Positions 16,139 to 24,851 of a stretch of DNA of 32,000 bases are shown here, one piece after another. The position numbers were made by a program, and so were the translations under genes. The stretch covers positions 1 through 32,000 of the forward strand of contig JAPLKZ010000011.1 of NCBI GenBank assembly GCA_026387835.1, written 5' to 3'. The notes below the pieces were generated by a model that was not told the origin of the DNA, searched no databases, and worked only from the letters and a program-made list of their open reading frames with translations. Within the stretch, counting starts at the first letter, position 1, and each line of letters starts with the position of its first letter. The stretch comes from Candidatus Saganbacteria bacterium. GTDB taxonomy: Bacteria > Margulisbacteria > WOR-1 > JAKLHX01.

Positions 16139-18556
16139 ATGAAGTACGGCGATTTTTCAAAAGACGGGAAAGAGTACATCATAACGGATCCGGATACGCC
16201 GCGCCCGTGGGGCAGCTATCTGACTAATGAAAAATACTGCGCGGTCATATCACAGACAGCCGGAGGATATAGTTTTTACAAGGATTCAAAAACCGAAAGG
16301 ATGCTTTACTGGACCGGCCAGAACCTTCACCAGGGAAGACCTGGAAGATATGTGTTCATTCAGGATGAAGAGACAAATAAAACATTCAGCATTTCGTGGG
16401 AACCTCTGCGTACAAAATATGAAAAATTCGAATGTATAGTCGGGTTCGGCTACCAGACCATCAGATCAAGATCCAACGGAGTAGAAGGGGAGACCACATA
16501 TTTCGTGCCGGCTGACGAACCTTGCGAGATATGGAAGGTAAAGATAAAGAACGCCACAAAGAAAACAAAAAAGCTGAATCTTTTCGGTTATCTCGAATGG
16601 TTCATCGGAAGCGCGGATTACATCACCTTCTATAACATAGCGATACTCTGGAACAGGGTCCGTTTTGATAAAAAGGCAAAGGCGATATTCGCGAGAAAGA
16701 CAGCTTTTTATGAAGAGTTCAACATCAAGGACAATCCTTACACGCTTTTCTTTGCTTCTTCGGAAAAAGTCTCGAGCTGGGACTGCAACAAGCGGAAATT
16801 CTTGGGCGCGGGCAATACCTGCCAGCATCCCGAAGGAGTCTATAACGGAACATGCACGAACAGCATCTGTGACGGGGAAGAGCCTGTGGGAGTACTCCAT
16901 CACAGGGTCACGCTCAAACCCGGGCAGGAAAAAGAGATCGCCTTCATACTCGGCCAGACCGTAGGACAGAAAAATGCCGCCAGGATCATAAAAAAATACC
17001 GCGATAAAAAGACCGTTGAGAGGTCCCTCGAATCGACAAAAGTTTTCTGGGAAAAAAAGCTGGTTCCAGTGCAGGTTGATACTCCTGACAAAGATTTCAA
17101 TAATATAATGAACAACTGGATAAAATACCAGCTATGGATATGCAACATGTGGTCAAGGTCTCCTTCGTTCTATCATGAAGGACAGGGAGGAAGAGGGCTC
17201 CGCGATTCATGCCAGGACAGCGAATCCATCCTTTCGATAGATCCGCAGTACGCAAAAGCCAAGATGCTCAAGGTGGCTTCACTGACCCGGAGGGACGGGA
17301 CACTTGCGCCCGGATGGTCAGATACATACGGGCCTTATTCCAACAAGCCTTTCAAGGATCATCCCACGTGGCTTACTCCGTCGGTCGCGGCGTATGTCAA
17401 AGAGACCGGAGATATTGATATTCTCAATCAGGAAGTCCCATGGCTTAAGGACAAGTGGCGTGAGGGCGGTACCAAAACAGATATGGACTGGAAGGGCGGA
17501 GCCGTTGCCGACGGAGAAGGAACCCTTTTTGAGCATCTCCTGGCCCAGCTCACATTCACCTATAACGATGTGAGCGTCCACGGTATACCCAGAGTAGGGG
17601 AAGCTGACTGGAACGACGCGCTTGATATGGCGGGCCGCAAACAGATCGGGGAAAGCGTTTGGCTCGGCATAGCGCTTGTCCGAGCTCTAAAGATGCTTTC
17701 CGAGCTCGCGGGCCTGATAAAGAAAGAAGATATCGGTAAAGATCTTCAAGAAAAAGCGCGCGTGATGACAAAAAGGATCAATGAATCCGGCTGGGACGGG
17801 CAATGGTATCTTGCGGGTTATAACGATGAGATGATTCCTTTCGGGTCTTCAAAGAACAAGGAAGGAAAGATATTTTTAAATTCGCAGTCATGGGCAATAC
17901 TTGCGGATATCGTGCCTGAGGACAGGGTAAAAATAATGATGAAGGCTGTAGAAAAAGACCTTAGCGGTAAACACGGCTATGCACTGCTTGCTCCTGCATA
18001 TACGGTATTTGATCCAGGGCTTGGCAGGATAGCGATGTTCTCGCAGGGGACTAAGGAAAATGCCGCAGTGTTCTGCCACGCGCATACCTTCATGCTCGCG
18101 GCGCTCGCGAAGTTAGGGATGGGAGATAAACTTTATACAGAAATGTGCAAGATAATGCCGAGCAAACAGAAAAATATCGATCTGTACAAAGCCGAGCCTT
18201 ATGTTTATGCGGAATACCTTATCGGGCCAGGACACCCTTATGCTTATGGCGAGGGGGCTTACACATGGCTCACCGGGACAGCGGGCTGGACGTTCATGGT
18301 CGGAACGGAGTGGGTGCTTGGTGCACGAAGGGATTATCAGGGGCTTCGCATAGACCCGTGCATCCCTTCAAAGTGGAAAAAATGCAGCATCACAAGACCT
18401 TTCCGCGGTTCCGTCTACGAGATAAATATTGAAAACCCAAATGGTGTTGAACACGGGGTCGCTTCGGTCGAAGTCGACGGCAAGATCATCGAAGGCAACC
18501 TTATCAAACCTCACGGGGACGGCAAAATACATAAAGTAAAGGTTATAATGGGTTGA
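16139..18556 (+). CDS. GH94 glycoside phosphorylase (cellobiose/chitobiose-phosphorylase family), divergent paralogue
   Basis: 805 aa. N-terminus MKYGDFSKDGKEYIITDPDTPRPW. Catalytic-Asp block GEADWNDALD. C-terminal blocks WLTGTAGW, DPCIP and KVKVIMG. The canonical RYRYNNxP block is replaced by LYWTGQNLHQGRPGRY. Confidence 0.88.
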   Translation: MKYGDFSKDGKEYIITDPDTPRPWGSYLTNEKYCAVISQTAGGYSFYKDSKTERMLYWTGQNLHQGRPGRYVFIQDEETNKTFSISWEPLRTKYEKFECIVGFGYQTIRSRSNGVEGETTYFVPADEPCEIWKVKIKNATKKTKKLNLFGYLEWFIGSADYITFYNIAILWNRVRFDKKAKAIFARKTAFYEEFNIKDNPYTLFFASSEKVSSWDCNKRKFLGAGNTCQHPEGVYNGTCTNSICDGEEPVGVLHHRVTLKPGQEKEIAFILGQTVGQKNAARIIKKYRDKKTVERSLESTKVFWEKKLVPVQVDTPDKDFNNIMNNWIKYQLWICNMWSRSPSFYHEGQGGRGLRDSCQDSESILSIDPQYAKAKMLKVASLTRRDGTLAPGWSDTYGPYSNKPFKDHPTWLTPSVAAYVKETGDIDILNQEVPWLKDKWREGGTKTDMDWKGGAVADGEGTLFEHLLAQLTFTYNDVSVHGIPRVGEADWNDALDMAGRKQIGESVWLGIALVRALKMLSELAGLIKKEDIGKDLQEKARVMTKRINESGWDGQWYLAGYNDEMIPFGSSKNKEGKIFLNSQSWAILADIVPEDRVKIMMKAVEKDLSGKHGYALLAPAYTVFDPGLGRIAMFSQGTKENAAVFCHAHTFMLAALAKLGMGDKLYTEMCKIMPSKQKNIDLYKAEPYVYAEYLIGPGHPYAYGEGAYTWLTGTAGWTFMVGTEWVLGARRDYQGLRIDPCIPSKWKKCSITRPFRGSVYEINIENPNGVEHGVASVEVDGKIIEGNLIKPHGDGKIHKVKVIMG

Positions 18557-18558
18557 AT

Positions 18559-20634
18559 ATGTTCCCATTCGGCGTAACATTTTATCCTGACCAGTGGCCG
18601 AAAGACTACTGGGAGACCGCATTTTCGCAGATAGCGGAAAGCGGTTTTAATATTGTCAGGTTCGGCGAGATGGCGTGGAACTGGATCGAGCCGCGGGAGG
18701 GCGAGTTCCATTTTGAAGAAATGGACGAAGCCCTGGACCTCGTCAATAAATACGGATTAAAAGTCCTGCTCGGCATCCCCACCTCGATGGCACCGACCTG
18801 GCTGGTAAGAAAATATCCCGAGACAAGGCCTGTTTCTAACGAAGGCACGCTGTATCCGGAATACGGGCCGAGGCCGAACATCTGCAGGGACAGTAAATTG
18901 TACAGAAAATTCGCGGAGAGGATGCTTCGCAAGCTGGTAGAAAGATACAAGGACCATCCAGCAGTAATGTACTGGCAGATAGACAACGAACCGGTATATC
19001 CTCCCCTTGATTCGACGACAAACCTTGATTTCTGCCATTGCCCGGAGACCAGGAATGATTTTGTCGAATGGGCAAAACAAAAATACGGCACTCTTGAACA
19101 GATCAACAGGTCCTGGGGGACAAAATTCTGGACGAACGAGTTCGGAGAAATGGACGATATAACCACTCCAAAAGCCGGTGTCTGGGACGCAGGGAACCCC
19201 CATATTTTTCTTGACTGGTTCAGGTTCAAGACCGATTCACTTCACAGTTTCTTAAGCTGGGAAAAAGGCATCGTGAAGGAATATGACAAGTCGAGGAAGA
19301 TCGGCACGAACGGCTTTTTGGGCATATCGTCCAGAGTCCCCGACCACGACACGATGGCCGAAGGTCTCGACTGGTACGGATGGGATATCTATCCGATGGG
19401 TGGGAGGAACACCCCCCAGCAGATCGCCGAGATGTCCGACTGGTGGAGAAGCCTTTCTTTAGGAAGGAACATGGAATTCCACGTAACGGAACTCCAGGGA
19501 GGGCCGAACGTCAGGTGGGGCTATCCGGGTTTCATAGAAGGACCGGAGATACGCGTATGGACGCATCAGGTAGTCGCTCACGGAGCGCAGGCGATACTTT
19601 ACCATCAGTGGCGTACTTCGGTATTCGGCGGAGAGACGGGAGGCTTTGGTATACTCAAGGCGGACGGCACAAGGACAAAACGCCTGGAAGAGATAGAAAA
19701 AGCGGGGGCAGAAATTAAAAAGATAATCCCGATACTTCACAGGCATAAACTGGACCCGAAAGCCGCCGTCGCATATTTAAGGTCATCCGATATACAGACA
19801 TACCAGGAGCAGGGACCTCCAAGAGCAATAACCGGCCAGTGGGAACAGGTTAGGGCGGAATTGGGGCATACCCACGGGCTTGACAGCTGCCAGGGGGCTT
19901 ACATGGTGTTATGGAACTACTACAATCCCGCGGCGTTCATATTTGAAAGGCATCTTGAAGACGGCAATCTTCCTTACGAGATCATTCTTCTGCCGAACCC
20001 CTATATCCTTAAGAAAAAATACGCGGAAGTCCTTTTATCCTATGTAGGAAACGGCGGAACGCTTGTGACAGAGGCGAGGTTCGGCGCTAAGAACGAGAAC
20101 GGAGGCCTGCACGAAAAGCCGATACTTGACGACTTTTTAAGTATCACCAGCCACCACATCGAAACGATAGACGACAGGATCTACATCCCGAAGATCCGCT
20201 CGTACGCGTACGGGTTCAGGGACCTTATCTCTGACGCGGAAGGGACTATTGTCAGGTACAAGGACGGGTATCCAGCTATTATCGAAAGAAGTGTCGGCAA
20301 AGGGAAAATACTCTACGCGACCTTCAGCCTTTTCATGAGCATCGGTAAAACGGGCAACGAGAGGCTTGCGGATTATGTGAGGGCGCAGCTCCCGCAGCCC
20401 GAATTTTTCTTAAAGGACAAGGACAGCATAGAAATGGTCCTCTGGGACGATCCCGAGACGCCGGTATTATATGTGATAAACCACGGGTCGGTCAAAGAAA
20501 AATTCGAAATAGATACGCCGGAACGCTTCACCAAAGCGGAAGACATCCTGAGCGGCGAAATATTTGAAATTGAAAAGGGAAAACTGCCACTTACATTTCA
20601 CGGGAGAGAGGTAATGGTCCTGCATCTATCATAG
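18559..20634 (+). CDS. GH42-family beta-galactosidase-like glycoside hydrolase
   Basis: The N-terminal TIM-barrel blocks match the GH42 layout: YPDQWPKDYWE, FGEMAWNWIEPREGEFHF, the acid/base region YWQIDNEP and the nucleophile region FHVTELQGG. The ATG at 18559 is preferred over TTG at 18553, which overlaps the upstream TGA. Confidence 0.8.
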   Translation: MFPFGVTFYPDQWPKDYWETAFSQIAESGFNIVRFGEMAWNWIEPREGEFHFEEMDEALDLVNKYGLKVLLGIPTSMAPTWLVRKYPETRPVSNEGTLYPEYGPRPNICRDSKLYRKFAERMLRKLVERYKDHPAVMYWQIDNEPVYPPLDSTTNLDFCHCPETRNDFVEWAKQKYGTLEQINRSWGTKFWTNEFGEMDDITTPKAGVWDAGNPHIFLDWFRFKTDSLHSFLSWEKGIVKEYDKSRKIGTNGFLGISSRVPDHDTMAEGLDWYGWDIYPMGGRNTPQQIAEMSDWWRSLSLGRNMEFHVTELQGGPNVRWGYPGFIEGPEIRVWTHQVVAHGAQAILYHQWRTSVFGGETGGFGILKADGTRTKRLEEIEKAGAEIKKIIPILHRHKLDPKAAVAYLRSSDIQTYQEQGPPRAITGQWEQVRAELGHTHGLDSCQGAYMVLWNYYNPAAFIFERHLEDGNLPYEIILLPNPYILKKKYAEVLLSYVGNGGTLVTEARFGAKNENGGLHEKPILDDFLSITSHHIETIDDRIYIPKIRSYAYGFRDLISDAEGTIVRYKDGYPAIIERSVGKGKILYATFSLFMSIGKTGNERLADYVRAQLPQPEFFLKDKDSIEMVLWDDPETPVLYVINHGSVKEKFEIDTPERFTKAEDILSGEIFEIEKGKLPLTFHGREVMVLHLS

Positions 20635-20652
20635 ACCGGAAAGGAATATCAG

Positions 20653-23055
20653 ATGAAATACGGGTATTTTGACGGGCTAAGCAAAGAATATGTGATAACA
20701 AGGCCGGACACGCCGCTGCCCTGGATAAATTATCTGGGCTGCGAGGAATACTGCGCCCTGATGTCAAATACTGCGGGAGGGTACAGTTTTTTCAGGGACC
20801 CGAAAGAAAGAAGGCTTTTGCGATACAGATACAATAACATCCCTTATGACAGGGGAGGGAGATACCTATATGTAAGGGACAACAAAACAAATGAGTTCTG
20901 GTCAGCGACCTGGCAGCCGGTGCAAAAACCCACGGCAAAGATGTCCGTCAGTAACGATTCCGTGCTTTTCCCGGTGCAGGAGGGTAAAAAGGACGATTAT
21001 ATTTACGAATGCAGACACGGCCTGGGGTATACAAAGATAACGTCCAATTATAAAGGCATTCAGACAACCACGACATATTTTGTCCCGCTCGGAGAGAGCT
21101 GCGAAGTCTGGATGATGGAGATAAAGAACAACAGCCTCCAACCCAGGTCTTTAGGGGTATTTTCGTTCGTCGAGTTCTGCCTGTGGGACGCTTTGAACGA
21201 CATGACGGATTACCAGTACAACCTGAATATCGGAGAAACTAAAGTCACAGGTAATATGATCTATCATCTTTCAAGGTACAGGGTCGAAAAGAGCTATTTT
21301 GGTTATTTTTCGTGCAGCGAGGATATTGCGGGATTTGACACCCAGAGAGAGGATTTTCTGGGCAGATACGGAGATCTTTCCGCGCCGAGAGCTGTTGTCG
21401 AAAATAAATCCAACAATTCTATCGCATGCGGCTGGGCGCCTGTAGGGAGCCACAATATCCAGGTGAATCTAAAAAGCGGTGAGACAAAAACGATAATATT
21501 CGTGCTGGGCTACAGCGAGAAGGCCGGCGATGAGAAAAGGGTGGCCGCGAAGTTTTCAAACAGAGAAAATGTCGAAAAAGAATTAAAAAAGCTGGCGAAG
21601 CACTGGGAAGACAACCTGGACAAGCTCTGGGTCAAGACCCCGGATGAGGACGTGAACCTCATGGTAAATGTCTGGAACCAGTATCAGGTTAGGACCACGT
21701 TCAACTGGTCAAGGTCGGCATCTTACTATGAATCCGGCATCGGAAGAGGGATGGGATTCCGCGACAGCAACCAGGACACGATGGGATTTGTCTACCAGAT
21801 CCCGGAAAGGGTGAAGCAAAGGATAATCGACCTCGCCTCGACGCAGTTCGAGGACGGTGACGCGAACCACCAGTACAGCCCGCTCACAAAAAAAGGCAGC
21901 GGCAGGGGCTACAGCGACGACCATCTGTGGCTTGTCTATTCTGTTTCCGCGTATATTAAAGAAACGGGCGATGCAAAATTTCTCCTGCAGAAAGTTCCGT
22001 ATGAGACCGGTAAAAAAGATACGATTTACAAACACCTTGCAAAAGCAATTAATTATTCCCTTAAACATAAAGGCCCGCACGGACTGCCTCTCGCGGGATT
22101 TGCCGACTGGAACGACTGCCTTAACATGACAGGCCCTAAAAAGCAGGCTGAGTCTGTGATGGTCGGCCAGATGCTTGCCGGCGCGTGTGCCGAGATGAGC
22201 AGGATGGCTGTTCTGATAAGGAAAAGAACGGACTCAAAAAAATACAAAAAGCTTTTTGAAAAAGTGAAAAAGCAGATAAACAAGGTCGCGTGGGACGGCG
22301 AGTGGTATATCAGGGCTTTTGACGACAATAAAAAAGCCGTGGGCACAAAGAAGAACAAAGAAGGAAAGATATTCCTTGAAACTCAGGGATGGGCGGTACT
22401 CACCGGCGTCGCGGAAAAGGACAGGATGATAAAATGCCTTGACTCGGTAAAGAAACATCTTGCCACCAAGTACGGGATAATGATACTTCAGCCGTCATTC
22501 TCAAAGTTCTATCCGGAACTCGGGTCCATCTCCATCTATCCTCCCGGGCTAAAAGAGAACGGCGCGATATTCTGCCACCCGAACCCGTGGATAATAATAT
22601 CCGAGTGCATCGCCGGCAGGGGAGAGCAGGCATTTGAATATTACAAGGCGATCGCCCCTTCAGAGAAGAACAAAATGCCTGACACTCATAAGCTTGAGCC
22701 CTATGTTTACTGCCAGATGATAGCCGGGAAAGACCATAAGGATTTCGGAGAGGCAAAGAACGCCTGGCTTACGGGTTCCGCGGCGTGGAATTTTATGGCA
22801 ATTTCACAATGGATCCTGGGTATAATGGCGGATTATGAAGGGCTCACGATAGATCCCTGCATACCTTCGGTATGGGACGGATTTGAGGTAAAAAGGCATT
22901 TCAGGGGATGCGATTACTTGATAACCGTAAAAAATCCGGATCATGTATGTAAAGGAATAAGAGAAGTAAAAATGAACGGAAGAAAAATTAAAACCAATAT
23001 TCTCAAAGCTCCCAGAGGAGCAAAGCAGGTCAAGGTCGAAGTGGTGATGGGCTAA
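20653..23055 (+). CDS. GH94 cellobiose/chitobiose phosphorylase, canonical type
   Basis: 800 aa with near-canonical blocks: PWINYLG, RYRYNNIPYDRGGRY, ECRHGLGYTKI, SRSASYYESGIGRGMGFRDSNQD, GFADWNDCLN, KLEPYVYCQMIAG, WLTGSAAWNF and VKVEVVMG. GGAAAGGA SD. Confidence 0.93.
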   Translation: MKYGYFDGLSKEYVITRPDTPLPWINYLGCEEYCALMSNTAGGYSFFRDPKERRLLRYRYNNIPYDRGGRYLYVRDNKTNEFWSATWQPVQKPTAKMSVSNDSVLFPVQEGKKDDYIYECRHGLGYTKITSNYKGIQTTTTYFVPLGESCEVWMMEIKNNSLQPRSLGVFSFVEFCLWDALNDMTDYQYNLNIGETKVTGNMIYHLSRYRVEKSYFGYFSCSEDIAGFDTQREDFLGRYGDLSAPRAVVENKSNNSIACGWAPVGSHNIQVNLKSGETKTIIFVLGYSEKAGDEKRVAAKFSNRENVEKELKKLAKHWEDNLDKLWVKTPDEDVNLMVNVWNQYQVRTTFNWSRSASYYESGIGRGMGFRDSNQDTMGFVYQIPERVKQRIIDLASTQFEDGDANHQYSPLTKKGSGRGYSDDHLWLVYSVSAYIKETGDAKFLLQKVPYETGKKDTIYKHLAKAINYSLKHKGPHGLPLAGFADWNDCLNMTGPKKQAESVMVGQMLAGACAEMSRMAVLIRKRTDSKKYKKLFEKVKKQINKVAWDGEWYIRAFDDNKKAVGTKKNKEGKIFLETQGWAVLTGVAEKDRMIKCLDSVKKHLATKYGIMILQPSFSKFYPELGSISIYPPGLKENGAIFCHPNPWIIISECIAGRGEQAFEYYKAIAPSEKNKMPDTHKLEPYVYCQMIAGKDHKDFGEAKNAWLTGSAAWNFMAISQWILGIMADYEGLTIDPCIPSVWDGFEVKRHFRGCDYLITVKNPDHVCKGIREVKMNGRKIKTNILKAPRGAKQVKVEVVMG

Positions 23056-23061
23056 AAAAGC

Positions 23062-24711
23062 CTACATTAACTTCGGGTCTATGAAATAACTTCCGCCCAT
23101 GTTAAAAACAGCCTCTGTGACTTTGCTGTCACCCGCTATCATGGCCGCGATCACGTTAGGGAACGTATTAGCCATGTGCCTAACAAAATCGTGATAGCTC
23201 ATCCTGTGAGAAACACCCAGAGGATGAAGACTAAGCTCCGGAGGAATATCATCCGAATGGGTATGCTGCAGAGATTTGACCCCAAGAAAAAAGCCGGACC
23301 TGGGCGCGAGCACGAATGCAGGCTTTAATCTCCCGGTCCATTCTGAACCGGCCCAGCTGTCGATACAGGCGCCGATCCTGGGCCCGAGCATTTTAATATC
23401 TATAGCAGCGTCAAGTTCCCCAAGACTGTCGGTAGCTTCTGCAAGCGCGGCCGTTGACATGACATAGAAAGTAGTATTGACCGAAGAAGGGTTCTGTTTT
23501 GTCGAGACCATGTCGGCAGGCAGTACCGTTCCCTCACAGAGAAATTGTCTTTCAGGGTTAGAGGTCTCACGGACGGCGCCGCCGCCGAGCTGGTTGTTTG
23601 AGTTCGGCGCGACAAATACCAGCATGTTGTACCCTTTGCCGAACAGATGTTTTGCCATGCCGATCACCGTGGGGTCCGCGCCGTAAAGGAATTCATCGCA
23701 ATTCCCGTACTGGAAATATTTGATGCCGGATTCAGACATAGCCTTATAGGCATTGTATAAGGAAAGCATCATTGAAAAATCACCGTGGCCGGTGGAAAAA
23801 AGCTTGTCCGTAAAGTCCAGCGTTCCCAGGAACATCCTGGATGAGCTTGGCTGGACGAACCCGAAAAGATTATCGATCTCCGGCTGCGACCATCCCGCAA
23901 GGTCCGTTTTAAGCCTGTCAGCAGTAAATCCCACGCTTTTTGAATTCAGCATGCAAAGCGTCAGCGCGGTCCTTTCCAATGTCCTTTGGGTCGCGGCAAA
24001 GTTGTCCATCATAAGACCGAGAAGTGTCCTGGGGCCGCTGTTGGTCTCTATCGGGTAAAGATATCTAGGCGGCAGGTCGCCTTCATTTACTCCGTTAAGC
24101 CCGCCGAGAGGCCTGATCCTGCCAACGATATCAGGGTGTTTGAGTACAAAATCAATTGCTCTTGATGATTCTCCTGCCGAAGGAAATCCCATGGCAACGG
24201 TAGAAAGCCGCGGGTTGACGGAATTGCTCTTTAGTTCTTCTATTCCGTCCCGCGTGAGACCGGCCAGCTCCTGCGCGCTGTGGGCCAGTATTTGTTTCGG
24301 TTCCCAGGTGTGGCCTTTTATCGGCGGAGTGTGGGGCGTCAGAGTAAAATAGCTTTCCGGGCCGAGGAATGCCAGGCTCCCTGCAGGCCGCCTTGATGAA
24401 GCCAGTACTATTGCTTTAAGTTCATCATGGCGGGTTGCCAGCACTCTCTGGGGCGTGTCTTCCATTGCGTCAAGACTCGGGATTACACTCTGCGCTTCCA
24501 TTTCCCTTATTCCGGGAAGCAGTTCCCTTGCGCTTGCATTCTGGTCGAACAATCCCGATATCAAAGCCCTCAGCATATCCGCCTTACCTGTATCGTTGAT
24601 CGGCTGCCTGAAGGTATGGTCCGCAGGCACCGCGCCTGCCCTTACATGCCCGCCAAAATTATGGATCTGGGCCTTGGGAGCGAATCTAACAATCTGTGCA
24701 GCAGCATTCAT
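23062..24711 (-). CDS. Highly divergent UDPGP-family (eukaryote-type UTP:sugar-1-phosphate uridylyltransferase-like) protein
   Basis: The 549-aa sequence shows blocks in the same order as the UDP-glucose pyrophosphorylase blocks I recall (aligned by eye): STGHGD; GIKYFQYGNCDEF (cf. GKEYVFVSNxDNL); NQLGGGAV (cf. DVKGGTL); MLNS (cf. LMNS); APRSGFFLGVK (cf. VPRSRFLPVK). The nucleotide-binding loop is degenerate (AMGFPSAGESSR in place of LNGGLGTxMG). Confidence 0.55.
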   Translation of the reverse strand: MNAAAQIVRFAPKAQIHNFGGHVRAGAVPADHTFRQPINDTGKADMLRALISGLFDQNASARELLPGIREMEAQSVIPSLDAMEDTPQRVLATRHDELKAIVLASSRRPAGSLAFLGPESYFTLTPHTPPIKGHTWEPKQILAHSAQELAGLTRDGIEELKSNSVNPRLSTVAMGFPSAGESSRAIDFVLKHPDIVGRIRPLGGLNGVNEGDLPPRYLYPIETNSGPRTLLGLMMDNFAATQRTLERTALTLCMLNSKSVGFTADRLKTDLAGWSQPEIDNLFGFVQPSSSRMFLGTLDFTDKLFSTGHGDFSMMLSLYNAYKAMSESGIKYFQYGNCDEFLYGADPTVIGMAKHLFGKGYNMLVFVAPNSNNQLGGGAVRETSNPERQFLCEGTVLPADMVSTKQNPSSVNTTFYVMSTAALAEATDSLGELDAAIDIKMLGPRIGACIDSWAGSEWTGRLKPAFVLAPRSGFFLGVKSLQHTHSDDIPPELSLHPLGVSHRMSYHDFVRHMANTFPNVIAAMIAGDSKVTEAVFNMGGSYFIDPKLM

Positions 24712-24766
24712 CTTAAAGCCCTTTCTATATATATTGAGATCTACTTCATTTATATATCGGTACGTA

Positions 24767-24786
24767 TTTCATGAAATTTCATGGAA
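24767..24786. promoter_or_regulatory. Palindromic candidate operator upstream of the UDPGP-like gene
   Basis: Perfect 14-bp palindrome CATGAAATTTCATG (24770-24783). It extends to tttCATGAAATTTCATGgaa with one mismatch pair, and can also be read as a direct repeat TTTCATG(A/G)AA. It lies ~55 nt upstream of the ATG at 24711. Confidence 0.3.
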
Positions 24787-24851
24787 AATCAGGCTTTTTT
24801 GAAGATTTGGAAAGATGTCAGGCTTCTAAGTTATCAAAATAAGTGAGCCGA

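Noticed and set aside
18553-18558. A TTG start for the GH42 gene at 18553, overlapping the GH94 TGA stop (as given in the ORF track).
   Set aside because: An ATG two codons downstream (18559) gives the same protein minus two residues and is the more conventional start. Either choice leaves the genes translationally coupled.
23056-23061. A bidirectional terminator between the convergent GH94 and UDPGP-like genes.
   Set aside because: The gap is only 6 bp, and the only pairing is a 4-bp GGCT/AGCC stem. That is not supportable as a terminator.
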